Part shown: positions 26,601 to 36,151 of the stretch, piece by piece
Layout of the letters: every line of letters starts with the position of its first letter
Numbering within the stretch: the stretch's first letter is position 1
Assembly: GCA_965204735.1 (NCBI GenBank)
Contig: OZ242008.1
Location: 1,856,001 to 1,920,000, forward strand
Source: Longimicrobiales bacterium
Lineage (GTDB): Bacteria; Gemmatimonadota; Gemmatimonadetes; Longimicrobiales; Gaopeijiaceae
DNA length: 64,000 bases
Direction of reading: 5' to 3'
The notes under the pieces: generated by a model
What the model saw: only the letters and a program-made list of their open reading frames with translations
Databases searched by the model: none
Told to the model about the DNA's origin: nothing
Translations under genes and position numbers: made by a program

Positions 26601-27761
26601 GGCGCCGTCTTCGCGGCCTTCAACCGAATGGTGCTTCGGCTGGACGAGACCCGCCAGGAACTGGTCCGGTCGACCCGGCGCACCCGGGCGATCGTCGAGG
26701 AAGTGGCCACGGGGGTGGTGGCCGTGAACTCCGCCGGGCAGGTCACGGTCGTCAACCCCCAGGCCCAGGCGCTGCTCGAGACGCGGCTGGAAGTTGGCGA
26801 CGCGCTTCCGCGGGGCGGTCGAGCCGGGGAGGTCGCCGGGTGGCTGGACGACCTGCGGCGGGACTCGACGGGCGAGAATGCGGGAAGCGCCGGCGGCGGC
26901 GATGCGCCGGGCGCCGACAGTCCAAGCGAGAGCGGACCAACGGGCCCGAGCGTCGCCCGAGTCTTCGATTGGGAGGGACGGAGGGTTCGGGGCCGGGCAA
27001 AGCGGATCACCCACGAAGGACATCCCGGCGGGGTGGTGGTGAACCTGGAGGACGTGACCGACGAGCTTCGAAGCGAACGGATCCTGGCGTGGGGCGAGAT
27101 GGCGAAGCAGGCGGCCCACGAAATGCGGAACCCCCTGACTCCGATCTCCCTCTCGGTGGACCACCTGCGCCGGGCGTGGAACGACCGAAGGCCAGACTTC
27201 GGCCGGATTCTGGAGACCAACGTCCAGGTCGTCCTGAAGGAAATCGACCGCCTCGCGGCGATCGCCCGGAGCTTTCTGCGGATGGCGTCGCCGGGCGCCG
27301 GAAGCGAAGGACCGGTCGCCTCCGTGGACGCCCGGTCCGTGGCGAGCGAGGTCCTGGACCTGTATCGGGGCGGCGGGGAGACGCGCATCCTCCTCGACGG
27401 CGAGCTGCCCCGGGTCATGTGCCGGCCCGACGAGCTGAAGGAAGTGCTCCTGAACCTGATCGAGAACTCCCGCGCGGCGATGCCGGAGGGGGGTTCGATC
27501 CGGATCTCGGCGGAGCACGGAGACGATCCGCGCGCCCGAGCGACGATCCTGGTCGAGGACGAGGGGTCGGGAATCCCGCCGGCGCTCCTGCCCCGCGTCT
27601 TCGAGCCCAAGTTCTCGACGCGCTCGTCGGGCACCGGGCTGGGCTTGGCGATCGTTCGACGCCTGGTGGAGTCGTGGGGAGGCTCCGTCGAAGCCGAGAG
27701 CGAGGTGGGGAAGGGGACGCGGATTCGCCTCCGGCTGCGCAGGCCCGACGGCGAGCGCTGA
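23670..27761 (+). CDS. Large multi-pass membrane sensor histidine kinase (HAMP-PAS-HisKA-HATPase; NtrY-like C-terminus)
   Basis: HAMP DEFGAVFAAFNRM; AWGEMAKQAAHEMRNPLTPI H-box; NLIENS N-box; DEGSGI, FEPKFST and GTGLGLAIV boxes. Confidence 0.92.
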   Translation: MIMGKRRDHAAPAGSGPARSTASELLLAAGWVCVLLWMRAASPWALAGAAACVLGAAASGVELRRLASCVVLAGAATAGFVSIAGERRFSTDWSAYQLHRQAQVDETVRTELDSLAARGDAAAKRAARAAAAASSRDALHDSLRALLPPSGATAVAVFGSDRRLETWAGSHHGRLPDQVLDGRARHFSGSTLFSYLYFAAPVADGGVAVVAALMRSDLPEPFSGLGDFASRMRERTGERIEVASAAGGGADDVAAWSVSLRDQTDRRTAHERFWKRIAAALVALALIVKFVVAPPRRTRYALFLLLAAAALLPLDDAFLPAYLADSAAFRLPGPVPLTMGRVLALSCALVLVSARAAHLWKGRVGGPWLAPLVAAAAFPLTLTWFEAGASIDLLGMSETSWVVFQAVATTLSGAAVAAALVLSGSRGRNGGGSTGRPLLSVLGIGVSVALSLAVAAGVRTGFAPPAALAAAWALPAFLIAVGLAGFRPGSYARWACALALAGTAVLPFAWSMRTEARKSVAERRLGFLGVVADPGIDRALNRVAEHADSLDRLGVDDLEVLYGAWTSSGLAAQSIPVLLTLWSAEGVPVHELKLGTTQERPAWVDQVVLTLPDAALRRYHAPHGFHGSHLVSLRLAGGRLFTGTVPPRRTIPVPSALGPLFASMESGTDPEFLSLVRLDRQPPPGPPTVEWRRNDEGWRAASVVSYPDGAYSVFHVISISNWWVMLARAVLALAPAFAAVSALWLLGTRTPGARLAAKPRWHGFATSFRSRVTVTLFGFFLLSSVLFWVLANTSLTGASERTATTLAQRVVNQIAAAYSEEGGSLESLARRVGADLLDYRDGELVGGSVDELVELGLYETWVDPEIHDALRRGQRLGAEKVASLGEWRYVVAYRRLPDGDVVAAPIPLRAGAAALRRRDVADLLLAALVLTPVLSLVLAFFVGRALARPLKELRVASDRVGEGNLAVGLPEDRVDEFGAVFAAFNRMVLRLDETRQELVRSTRRTRAIVEEVATGVVAVNSAGQVTVVNPQAQALLETRLEVGDALPRGGRAGEVAGWLDDLRRDSTGENAGSAGGGDAPGADSPSESGPTGPSVARVFDWEGRRVRGRAKRITHEGHPGGVVVNLEDVTDELRSERILAWGEMAKQAAHEMRNPLTPISLSVDHLRRAWNDRRPDFGRILETNVQVVLKEIDRLAAIARSFLRMASPGAGSEGPVASVDARSVASEVLDLYRGGGETRILLDGELPRVMCRPDELKEVLLNLIENSRAAMPEGGSIRISAEHGDDPRARATILVEDEGSGIPPALLPRVFEPKFSTRSSGTGLGLAIVRRLVESWGGSVEAESEVGKGTRIRLRLRRPDGER

Positions 27762-27789
27762 AGACGCGACCGGCTGGTCGGCTCTCGGC

Positions 27790-29175
27790 TCAGGCCTCCC
27801 GCACCTCCCGCACCAAGTCCGACATGGCCTGCTTGGCGTCCCCGAAGAACATCGAGGTGTTGTCCAAGTAGAAGAGGTCGTTGTCGATCCCCGCGAACCC
27901 GGCGCTGAGCGAGCGCTTCATCACGATCACGGCGCGCGCCCGGTCCACGTCGAGGATCGGCATTCCGGCGATCACCGAGTCCGGGTCGCGGGCTGCCGGG
28001 TTCACCACGTCGTTGGCGCCCACCACGAGCACCACGTCGGTCGAGTCGAACTCGGGGTTGATCTCGTCCAGGTCCAGCAGCTGGTCGTAGGACACGTCGG
28101 CTTCGGCCAGGAGGACGTTCATGTGGCCCGGCATCCGCCCCGCCACCGGATGGATGCCGAAGCGCACGGTCGCGCCCCGTTCCTGCAGCAGGTCGCACAC
28201 CTTCTTGAGCTCGTGCTGGGCCTGGGCCACCGCCAGCCCGTAGCCCGGCACCACCACCACCGACCCGGCGTAGGCCAGCATCATCGCCGCCTGCTCCGCG
28301 TCCACGTCCCGAACGGGGCGTTCGCCGGTCTTGAGCTGCGCCTTGGGTCCTTCGGCCCCGAACGCGCCGAAGGCCACGTTGCCCAGGGAGCGGTTCATCG
28401 CCTTGCACATGATCCGAGTGAGGATCAGCCCCGACGCGCCCACCAGGGCGCCGGCGATGATGAGGATCATGTTGCCCAGGACGAAGCCCGTGGCCGCCGC
28501 CGCCAGTCCCGAGTAGGAGTTGAGGAGCGACACCACGACCGGCATGTCGGCGCCCCCGATGGGGATCACCAGCAAGACCCCGAGCGCCAACGCGGCCACC
28601 GCCAGGGCGACGTACGTCTCGGGGCTGGGGTCGCCCACGGTGAACGCGACGCCCGCAGTCAGGATCCCCAGGAAGAGGACCGCGTTGGCGGTCTTCTGAA
28701 GAGGGAAGGTGACCGGGTTGCCGGTGACGACGCCCTGAAGCTTGCCGTAGGCGACGAAGCTGCCGGAGAACGTCACCGCGCCGATGAGGGTGCCCAGGAT
28801 GATCGTGGCTCCCGAGGCGGCCGTCATCTCGCCCCCGGCGCCGGCCACCCGGAGGAACTCGGCCCCGGCCACCGCCGCCGACGCGCCTCCCCCGAAGCCG
28901 TTGAAGACGGCCACCAGCTGGGGCATCGCGGTCATCTTGATCGTCCGGGCCAGCAGCGCGCCGGCCAGCGTTCCCAGCAACACGGACGCCGCGACGGTGG
29001 GCCAGCTGAGGATCTGGTTCTGGAGGACCGTGACCACCACGGCCACGAGCATGGCCAGGGCGGCTCGGGCGTTGCCGGAGCGGGCAGTGGCCGGCGACGA
29101 GAGCTGCTTGATCCCCGAGACGAAGAGGAACGCCGACGCCAGAAGGGCGAGGTGGGCGATCATTGCGGCGTCCAC
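27790..29175 (-). CDS. pntB: NAD(P) transhydrogenase beta subunit
   Basis: MTAMPQLVA, PIGGADMPVVVSLLNSYSG, VPGYGLAVAQAQ and IHPVAGRMPGHMNVLLAEA motifs. Confidence 0.97.
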   Translation of the reverse strand: MDAAMIAHLALLASAFLFVSGIKQLSSPATARSGNARAALAMLVAVVVTVLQNQILSWPTVAASVLLGTLAGALLARTIKMTAMPQLVAVFNGFGGGASAAVAGAEFLRVAGAGGEMTAASGATIILGTLIGAVTFSGSFVAYGKLQGVVTGNPVTFPLQKTANAVLFLGILTAGVAFTVGDPSPETYVALAVAALALGVLLVIPIGGADMPVVVSLLNSYSGLAAAATGFVLGNMILIIAGALVGASGLILTRIMCKAMNRSLGNVAFGAFGAEGPKAQLKTGERPVRDVDAEQAAMMLAYAGSVVVVPGYGLAVAQAQHELKKVCDLLQERGATVRFGIHPVAGRMPGHMNVLLAEADVSYDQLLDLDEINPEFDSTDVVLVVGANDVVNPAARDPDSVIAGMPILDVDRARAVIVMKRSLSAGFAGIDNDLFYLDNTSMFFGDAKQAMSDLVREVREA

Positions 29176-29178
29176 GGC

Positions 29179-29457
29179 TCAGCCTTTCCTGAACATGCGG
29201 AGCATGCGGTCGGTGACCATGAAGCCGCCGACCACGTTGACCGTGGCCATGACGATCCCGGCCACGCCCAGCCAGCGCACCACCGGCGTCTCCGCCGCGC
29301 CCGTCACGACCAGGGCTCCAATGAGGGCGATCCCCGAGATCGCGTTTGCGCCCGACATGAGGGGCGTGTGAAGGGTGGGGGGGACCTTGGAGATCACCTC
29401 CTTGCCGGCCAGCGTGGCCAGCACGAACACGTACAGGCCGATCAGCATCTCGCTCAT
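29179..29457 (-). CDS. pntAB: NAD(P) transhydrogenase alpha subunit part 2 (membrane)
   Basis: VPPTLHTPLMSGANAISG and NVVGGFMVTDRMLRMF motifs. Confidence 0.94.
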   Translation of the reverse strand: MSEMLIGLYVFVLATLAGKEVISKVPPTLHTPLMSGANAISGIALIGALVVTGAAETPVVRWLGVAGIVMATVNVVGGFMVTDRMLRMFRKG

Positions 29458-30599
29458 CGCTGCTGCTCCGTTGCGCCGGCCAGGTTGGTCCTGACCCGCT
29501 CGTTCACGACTTCCCCGCCTCGCGTCACGCACGCGGCGGCGGTGATCTCGTCGTCGGGGTTGGTTGCGCCCTCGTCGTCGAAGAGGTGGCAGACGAAGGC
29601 GGCCAAGTTCCGGGCGTACATCTCGCTGGCGTGGTACGGCAGCTCCGCCGGCAGGTTCGCTGGACCCATGACCGCCACGCCGTCGTGGTGGACCGTCTTC
29701 CCGGCCGAGGTCAGCTCGCAGTTCCCGCCGGACTCGGAGGCAAGGTCCACGACGGCGCTTCCCGCCCGCATCGAGGCCACCATCTCGCGGGTGACGAGCA
29801 CCGGCGCCGGCTTGCCCGGGATCTGGGCGGTCGTCACCACCAGATCCATCTCGGGGACGTGGGCCGCGATCAGCTCGAGCTCCCGCCGGTGCTGTTCTTC
29901 GGAGAGGGCCTTGGCGTAGCCGCCCTCGTCCTCGACGCCCTCGTCCAGATCGGCTTCCAGGAACCGGGCGCCGAGACTCTGGACCTGCTCCTTCACCGCG
30001 GGCCGGACGTCGAACGCCGACACGACCGCGCCGAGCCGCCGGGCCGTGGCGATGGCCTGAAGACCCGCCACTCCCGCGCCCAGGATCATTGCCTTGGCGG
30101 GGCGGATCGTTCCGGCGGCGGTCGTGAGCATGGGCAGGAAGCGGGTCACGGCGCCCGCCCCCCGGAGCACGGCCATGTAGCCGGCCACCGTCGCCTGGGA
30201 CGAGAGGACGTCCATCTTCTGGGCTCTGGTGATCCGAGGGACCAGCTCCACGGCGAACGAGGAGACTTCGCGTTCCGCCAGCGCCTCGATCGCGTCGGTG
30301 GGGCCAAGGGGGTTCAGGTGGCAGGCCAGTGCGCACGCGCGGGGCAGGGCCGCCACCTCGTCCAGCGACGGCGGCTGGACCTTCAGGACCAAGTCGGCAG
30401 CCTCCAGCGCGGCCCTTCTGCCGGCGACCACCTCCACGCCGGCTTCCCGGAAGTCGTCGTCGGCGAAGGACGCCGCCGTGCCGGCCCCTGCTTCGATCCG
30501 AAGCGTCCACCCGCGCTTCTGGTACTCCCGCACCGCGCTGGGGGCGAGGGCCACCCGCCGTTCGCCGGGGCGGCTCTCCGTCATGACAGCGATTCTCAT
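29454..30599 (-). CDS. pntAA: NAD(P) transhydrogenase alpha subunit part 1 (dI)
   Basis: GERRVAL, PRITRAQKMDVLSSQ, GAGVAGLQAIATARRLGA and EGGYAK motifs. Confidence 0.95.
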   Translation of the reverse strand: MRIAVMTESRPGERRVALAPSAVREYQKRGWTLRIEAGAGTAASFADDDFREAGVEVVAGRRAALEAADLVLKVQPPSLDEVAALPRACALACHLNPLGPTDAIEALAEREVSSFAVELVPRITRAQKMDVLSSQATVAGYMAVLRGAGAVTRFLPMLTTAAGTIRPAKAMILGAGVAGLQAIATARRLGAVVSAFDVRPAVKEQVQSLGARFLEADLDEGVEDEGGYAKALSEEQHRRELELIAAHVPEMDLVVTTAQIPGKPAPVLVTREMVASMRAGSAVVDLASESGGNCELTSAGKTVHHDGVAVMGPANLPAELPYHASEMYARNLAAFVCHLFDDEGATNPDDEITAAACVTRGGEVVNERVRTNLAGATEQQR

Positions 30600-30793
30600 G
30601 GATGTCGTTCCTCGTCGGTGGGCGCCGTCGGGCCGAGCGCCAGTCGGGGGCGCGGCCGATTCGCTTCGACGGCTGCGACAACTTGCCGCGCGCTTTCCCG
30701 TTCCGCCAGCGGGAGAACTTCCGCGGCTCGCGGGCGCCCCGACGGCGGTCGAAAAAATTGGCCGATCCAGCCATCCAAACGTCCCGCTCAAGT

Positions 30794-30802
30794 TGGTATG
30801 CT
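30794..30802 (+). promoter_or_regulatory. Candidate extended -10 (TGnTATGCT) upstream of comM/yifB
   Basis: tggtatgct 31 nt before ATG 30834. Confidence 0.4.
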
Positions 30803-30833
30803 GTGGTTCCACCCCTGCCGGAGGTCCGCAGCC

Positions 30834-32360
30834 ATGCTCGCCGTCGTTCATTCCTACTGGGTTCACGGGGTCGAAGGCCAGCCCGTGAGAGTCGAGGTCA
30901 AGGTCCAGTCGGGCCTTCCGGTATTCACGGTCGTGGGTCTCCCGGCGGGAGCTGTGCGGGAGGGGAAGGAGCGGGTCTTCGCCGCGCTTGCTCAAGCGGG
31001 GATGCCCCTGCCGCCCCGCAGGGTCACCGTCAACTTGGCTCCCGCCGACCTGCCCAAGTCCGGTTCCGGCTTCGACCTGCCCATCGCCGTCGGACTTCTG
31101 GCGGCCTGCGGGCAGGTCCCGCCCGAATCGCTGCAAGGGAGCGGCTTCGTCGGCGAACTGGGACTGGACGGATCGGTGCGCCCGATTCGCGGTGCCATCG
31201 CCCTGGCCATGAGCTGCCTCGCGGAGAAGCGGAGACGGCTCTTCGTGCCCCTCGGGAACGTCCGCGAGGCGTCGGCAGCACCCGGGTTGGAGACCCTGGG
31301 AGTCGCCGACCTGGGCGAACTCGTTGCGCACCTCAGGCAAGGAAACGTGCTCCGCCCCAGGAGCGCCCCGCCTCCCGTCGCCTCCCCTGCGAGCGGCCCG
31401 GACCTGCTGGAGGTGCGGGGACAGGAGATGGCGAAGCGGGCGCTCGTGATCGCCGCGGCGGGGGGCCACAGCCTTCTCATGTCGGGTCCGCCGGGCGCCG
31501 GGAAGACGATGCTCGCCCGCCGGCTGGCAGGGCTCCTGCCGCCGCTCTCGGAGCGCGAGTCCCTGGAGGTGACCCGCGTCCACTCGGTCGCCGGGCTTCT
31601 CGACGCAGAGGCGCCCGTCAAGACGACCCGTCCCTTTCGGTCGCCCCACCACACGATCTCGGCCGGCGGCCTCATCGGAGGCGGGAACCCTCCCCGCCCG
31701 GGAGAGATCAGCTTGGCGCACCTGGGCGTGCTCTTCCTCGACGAGCTTCCCGAGTTCGGCCGCCGCGTCCTGGAAACCCTCCGGCAGCCCATCGAGTCCG
31801 GACGAGTCAGGATCGCCAGAGTCCGGCACTCGGTAACCTTTCCGGCGCGCTTCCAAGTCGTCGCCGCCATGAATCCCTGCCCCTGCGGCATGGGAGGCGA
31901 CGACTGCATCTGCCACGACCGGGACGTGGCGCGCTACCGCGGCCGCGTGTCGGGTCCCCTGCTGGACCGCATCGACGTGCACGTGCCCATGGGTCCCGTG
32001 AGCTGGCGGGAGCTGGAGGGGACGGTCGGCCCCTCGGGCCGGAGCTCCGACGACGCTCGGGCGCTCGTCCTCGAGGCCCGCCGGCGACAGGCTGCGCGCT
32101 GGGGCGGCGCCGGGGCCGAGAACGGGAGTCCGGCGAACGCGCAGCTCCCTGCCCGCGACCTGATGGCCGCTTGTCCCTTGACGCCCGAGGCTTCCCAGCT
32201 CGTCGACGAGGGCGTCGGCAAGTTCCGCCTCTCGGCCCGGGCGGTCCACCGCACTCTGCGGGTGGCCAGGACGATCGCCGACTTGGCCGGCGAAGAGCGG
32301 CTGGACGTGCGGACGGTGGCGGAAGCCCTGCGGTTGCGAGTGGGGTTTCGTCCGGGTTAG
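30834..32360 (+). CDS. comM: YifB/ComM Mg-chelatase-like AAA+ ATPase
   Basis: VNLAPADLPKSGSGFDLPIA, GPPGAGKT, FRSPHHT, VLFLDELPEF and MNPCPCG motifs. Confidence 0.93.
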   Translation: MLAVVHSYWVHGVEGQPVRVEVKVQSGLPVFTVVGLPAGAVREGKERVFAALAQAGMPLPPRRVTVNLAPADLPKSGSGFDLPIAVGLLAACGQVPPESLQGSGFVGELGLDGSVRPIRGAIALAMSCLAEKRRRLFVPLGNVREASAAPGLETLGVADLGELVAHLRQGNVLRPRSAPPPVASPASGPDLLEVRGQEMAKRALVIAAAGGHSLLMSGPPGAGKTMLARRLAGLLPPLSERESLEVTRVHSVAGLLDAEAPVKTTRPFRSPHHTISAGGLIGGGNPPRPGEISLAHLGVLFLDELPEFGRRVLETLRQPIESGRVRIARVRHSVTFPARFQVVAAMNPCPCGMGGDDCICHDRDVARYRGRVSGPLLDRIDVHVPMGPVSWRELEGTVGPSGRSSDDARALVLEARRRQAARWGGAGAENGSPANAQLPARDLMAACPLTPEASQLVDEGVGKFRLSARAVHRTLRVARTIADLAGEERLDVRTVAEALRLRVGFRPG

Positions 32361-32370
32361 CCTCCCGGGC

Positions 32371-33588
32371 ATGGAGCACTACATGGACTACGCGGCCACC
32401 TCGGCAGTGCGCCCTCCCGAGGTCGTGGACGCAGTCGCCGACTTCTTGCGGGGCGTGGGCTGCACCCCGGGGCGCGGCGGACACTCGGGGGCGGTGGAGG
32501 CCGCCAGGATCGCCTTCCGGTGCCGCCGAGCAGTCGCCCGGACGCTGGCCCTCCCCGGCGACCCGGGGCGGGTCGCCTTCGCGCACAACGCCACTCACGC
32601 ACTCAACACGGCGCTCCATGGCCTCCTGGGGCCCGGCGACGTCCTCGTCGTCACCCAGTACGACCACAACGCCGTGCTGCGTCCCGCCCACTACCTGGCC
32701 AGGACCCGAGGCGTCGAGGTAAGGACGATTCCCGGCGACCCCGACGGCGGCGTGGAGATGGACGCCGCCGCCCGCCTGCTGGACGGCGCCGCGGCGCTGA
32801 CGGTCAATGCGGCGTCCAACGTGCTGGGCACCACGGCGCCGCTGAAGCCTCTCGCGCGGCTGGCCCGCGCGGCAGGCGCCGTCGTGATCGCCGACGCCGC
32901 CCAGAGCGCCGGCCACGTCGAGGCCGAGTTCGCGACGGCGGGCGCCGACGTCGTCGCCTTCACGGGGCACAAGGGCTTGCTGGGCCCCCAGGGCACCGGA
33001 GGACTGTGGGTGCGCGAGGAGGTCCAGGTCGCCCCCTTCTGCGTCGGCGGCACGGGAGGCGACTCCAGGCGCCGGGAGATGCCGTCCACCATGCCCGACC
33101 GGCTGGAGGCCGGAACCGGGAATGCGCCGGGCTTGGCGGGCCTCCTGGCCGGGTGCCGCTTCCTCGCTCGCGAGGGCGTGGCGAAGGTGCACGCCCGCGA
33201 GATGGCCCTGAAGGCCCGCCTCCGGGACGGCCTGGCGTCGGTGCGCGGGCTCGACGTGCTTTCTCCTCCAGCGCCGCAGGGAGTGCCGGTCGTGACGGTG
33301 CGTTCCCGACGCATCGACGCCGCGACGTTGGCCGAGCGCCTCGACCGGGAGCACGGCGTCCAGACCCGAGCCGGGATTCACTGCGCGCCCGAGGTCCACG
33401 CCATGCTGGGCACTTCCGACGAAGGCGCCGTGCGCTTCTCCCTGGGGTGGGCGTCGTCGGAGGAAGACGTGGCGGCCGCGGTGCAGGGCGTGGACGCCAC
33501 GCTGCGCCCGACCGCCGTGCCCGTCGGGGCCGATCTGGCGCCGTCGTCCCCGCCGGTCGCCGCCCCGCCCTCCGAGGCGGCGCGGTAG
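32371..33588 (+). CDS. Class V PLP aminotransferase, cysteine desulfurase-like
   Basis: YMDYAATS, DAAQSAG, FTGHKGLLGPQGTG (PLP Lys) and RAGIHCAP motifs. Confidence 0.9.
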   Translation: MEHYMDYAATSAVRPPEVVDAVADFLRGVGCTPGRGGHSGAVEAARIAFRCRRAVARTLALPGDPGRVAFAHNATHALNTALHGLLGPGDVLVVTQYDHNAVLRPAHYLARTRGVEVRTIPGDPDGGVEMDAAARLLDGAAALTVNAASNVLGTTAPLKPLARLARAAGAVVIADAAQSAGHVEAEFATAGADVVAFTGHKGLLGPQGTGGLWVREEVQVAPFCVGGTGGDSRRREMPSTMPDRLEAGTGNAPGLAGLLAGCRFLAREGVAKVHAREMALKARLRDGLASVRGLDVLSPPAPQGVPVVTVRSRRIDAATLAERLDREHGVQTRAGIHCAPEVHAMLGTSDEGAVRFSLGWASSEEDVAAAVQGVDATLRPTAVPVGADLAPSSPPVAAPPSEAAR

Positions 33589-33599
33589 CGTCGCGAGCC

Positions 33600-34988
33600 A
33601 TGGCGAAGATTCTGGTCGTCGACGACGAAAAGTCGATCCGACGTGCTCTCCAGCAATTCCTGGAGTACGACGGGCACCAGGTGCGCCTCTGCCCCGACGG
33701 CCCCTCCGGGCTCGAGGAACACGCTCGGTTCAGGCCCGACGTCACGCTGCTGGACGTGAAGATGCCGCGGGTCGACGGACTGGAGGCGCTGGAACGGATC
33801 AAGGAGGAAGATCCCGGAGCGGTCGTGATCATGATCTCGGGACACGGCACGATCAGCACGGCGGTGGAGGCGACCAGGAAGGGCGCCTTCGACTTCCTGG
33901 AAAAGCCCCTCAAGACCGCCCGGCTCCATCTGACCCTCCGCAACGCCCTCATGGTCCGAGGCCTTGCGGAGAGCGTGGAGCGGCTCAAGCAGGACGTGGA
34001 GGTCCGCTACGAGATCGTAGGCGGCTCCGAGGCGATCCAGGCGGTGCTGCAACGGATCGAGATGGTGGGCGGCACCCTGGCCCGAGTCCTGGTGACCGGA
34101 GAGAACGGCACGGGAAAGGACCTTGCCGCCCGGGCCCTCCATCGTCTCTCGCCCAGGGCGGAGAAGCCCTTCGTGGACGTGAACTGCGCCGCCATCCCCG
34201 CCAACCTCATCGAGTCCGAGCTCTTCGGCCACGTCCGCGGCGCGTTCACCGGCGCCGTCGCCAGCCGTCCCGGCAAGTTCGAGCAGGCCCACGGCGGCAC
34301 CCTCTTCCTGGACGAGGTGGGCGACATGTCCCTTGCGGCCCAGGCCAAGGTCCTCAAGGCGCTCGAGGGAGGCGCGGTGACGCGGGTGGGGGGAACGCGC
34401 CCCGTGCCCGTGGACGTCCGCGTGGTCTCGGCCACCAACAAGGACCTGGAGGAAGAGGTGGCCCAGGCACGCTTCCGCGAAGACCTCTACTACCGGCTCG
34501 CCGTGGTTCCCATTCGGATGCCCCCTCTGCGCAGCCGCCGCGACGACGTCCCGATGCTGGTGACGCACTTCGTGGACCACCTGAGCCGGACGAGCGGCGT
34601 CCCCCGAAAGCGCTTCGCCCCGGAAGCGATCTCCGCGCTGGAGGGGCAGGAGTGGCCAGGAAACGTCCGGGAGCTCAAGAACACCGTGGAGCGACTGCTG
34701 ATCCTCAGTCCCGGCGAGGCGGTGGAGCGGGCCGACGTGCTCCAGGTGGGGCCGGGCGACGGGGAAGGCAAGGGACTCGCGGAAAGCATCGCGTCGATGG
34801 ACTCCTTCAGGGAGTTCAAGGCGGCGGCGGAGAAGGCGTTCCTCGAGGAGAAGCTGCGCGCCAGCGGGTGGAACGTCTCCGAGACCGCCTCCCGGATGGG
34901 GCTGGCCCGCGGAAACCTCCACCAAAAGATCAAGAAGCACGGGCTGCGGGCTCCCCGCTCGCGGGCTTCCCAGGCGACCGGCCAGTAG
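33600..34988 (+). CDS. Sigma-54-dependent response regulator (NtrC/NtrX family)
   Basis: Receiver ILVVDDE/LLDVKMP; GENGTGKD; ESELFGHVRGAFTGA; WPGNVRELKN; C-terminal HTH. Confidence 0.95.
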   Translation: MAKILVVDDEKSIRRALQQFLEYDGHQVRLCPDGPSGLEEHARFRPDVTLLDVKMPRVDGLEALERIKEEDPGAVVIMISGHGTISTAVEATRKGAFDFLEKPLKTARLHLTLRNALMVRGLAESVERLKQDVEVRYEIVGGSEAIQAVLQRIEMVGGTLARVLVTGENGTGKDLAARALHRLSPRAEKPFVDVNCAAIPANLIESELFGHVRGAFTGAVASRPGKFEQAHGGTLFLDEVGDMSLAAQAKVLKALEGGAVTRVGGTRPVPVDVRVVSATNKDLEEEVAQARFREDLYYRLAVVPIRMPPLRSRRDDVPMLVTHFVDHLSRTSGVPRKRFAPEAISALEGQEWPGNVRELKNTVERLLILSPGEAVERADVLQVGPGDGEGKGLAESIASMDSFREFKAAAEKAFLEEKLRASGWNVSETASRMGLARGNLHQKIKKHGLRAPRSRASQATGQ

Positions 34989-35046
34989 AAGCCGGGAGGT
35001 TTCGGCGCGGCCCGCGCGGCGGCGGACCGGGACGCCGACGTCGTGG

Positions 35047-35089
35047 TGGGTGGCCGGGGCCGTGTTTGGTTGGGTGGCCGGGGTCGTGT
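35047..35089 (+). repeat. Direct repeat, 2 x 19 bp at 24-bp period
   Basis: tgggtggccggggccgtgt / tgggtggccggggtcgtgt. Confidence 0.65.
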
Positions 35090-35252
35090 CGCGGGCCGCT
35101 CGCCGAGCCTGAGGCCCCGGCCGCCGGTGCGCCCTGCCACCGGTCGGCCACTTCCAGCGAAAGCCTTCCATCGCGAACTTTGGAGCGCCTGCGCGGACGC
35201 GTGCTTCTCGGCTCTTTCTTCGTCGGGGCTCGCGGTGCCTCTGGGCAGGCGT

Positions 35253-35288
35253 CGATTCCCGCTTCAGCGACGGTTCCCGCTCCAGCGA
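35253..35288 (+). repeat. 18-bp tandem duplication just upstream of the sigma factor RBS
   Basis: cgattcccgcttcagcga / cggttcccgctccagcga. Confidence 0.65.
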
Positions 35289-35297
35289 GGAAGGTGG

Positions 35298-36143
35298 ATG
35301 AGCGCGACTTCCGGCTCCGACTCGGTGTCCTTCAGGCGGTACCTGGACGAGATCCGCCGCTATCCGCTCATCGACCGGGCGGAGGAGGCGCGGCTCGCCG
35401 AGGAGGTCCGAGGGGGAAGCGAGGACGCGCTGGACAAGCTGATCCGCTCCAACCTGCGGTTCGTGGTCAAGGTTGCCAAGAAGTACAGACACCAGGGCGT
35501 CCCGCTTCAGGACCTGGTCAACGAAGGCAACGTGGGGCTGATTCGGGCGGCCCGGAAGTTCGACGAGCGGAAGGGGATCAAGTTCGTCACCTACGCGGTG
35601 TGGTGGATCCGCCAAGCGATCCTCCAGGCCATCGCCGAGCAGAGCCGAATCGTTCGCGTGCCCCTCAACCGCGCCGCGGCGCTCCATCGGATCGGGCAGC
35701 GGAAGTCGTCGTTGCGCCAGGACCTGGGGAGGGAGCCCACGCTGGACGAGCTGGCCGACGGGCTGGACCTTTCGCAGAGCATCCTGGACGCGACGTTGGC
35801 CGTCTCCCAGTCCCATCTCTCGCTGGACGCCCCGGCAGGCCCCGGGGAAGAGCACAGCCTAATGGACTACATGCCCGACCAGCTCTCCCCCCGGCCCGAC
35901 GAGCACGTCTTCGAGAACGCCTTGGCGGAGATGCTGAACTCGGCCCTCTCCACCCTCGACGAGCGACAGGCGCGGGTCCTGCGTCTCTACTACGGCCTCG
36001 ACGACGAGGAGCCCAGGACTCTGGAGGAGATCGGCGCGCTGCTCGGGGTCACCCGGGAGCGCGTCCGCCAGATCAAGGAGAAGGCGCTGGCCCGCCTCCG
36101 TCACCCGACCAGGGCTCGGTTCCTGGAAAGCTACTTTCACTAG
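35298..36143 (+). CDS. RNA polymerase sigma-70 family factor (RpoD/SigA-like, lacking region 1.1)
   Basis: YLDEIRRYPLI, NLRFVVKVAKKY, DLVNEGNVGL, KFVTYAVWWIRQAI and TLEEIGALLGVTRERVRQI motifs. Confidence 0.94.
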   Translation: MSATSGSDSVSFRRYLDEIRRYPLIDRAEEARLAEEVRGGSEDALDKLIRSNLRFVVKVAKKYRHQGVPLQDLVNEGNVGLIRAARKFDERKGIKFVTYAVWWIRQAILQAIAEQSRIVRVPLNRAAALHRIGQRKSSLRQDLGREPTLDELADGLDLSQSILDATLAVSQSHLSLDAPAGPGEEHSLMDYMPDQLSPRPDEHVFENALAEMLNSALSTLDERQARVLRLYYGLDDEEPRTLEEIGALLGVTRERVRQIKEKALARLRHPTRARFLESYFH

Positions 36144-36151
36144 CCGCCGGC
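36136..36151 (+). repeat. Left target-site duplication (16 bp) of the IS
   Basis: ttcactagccgccggc, identical to 38012-38027. Confidence 0.92.

Noticed and set aside
29179..30599. pntA apparently split in two
   Set aside because: The three-gene pntAA/pntAB/pntB arrangement is a known natural organisation, not a frameshift.
35175..35210. GAACTT as an ECF sigma -35 upstream of the sigma factor
   Set aside because: No convincing matching -10 at the proper spacing.
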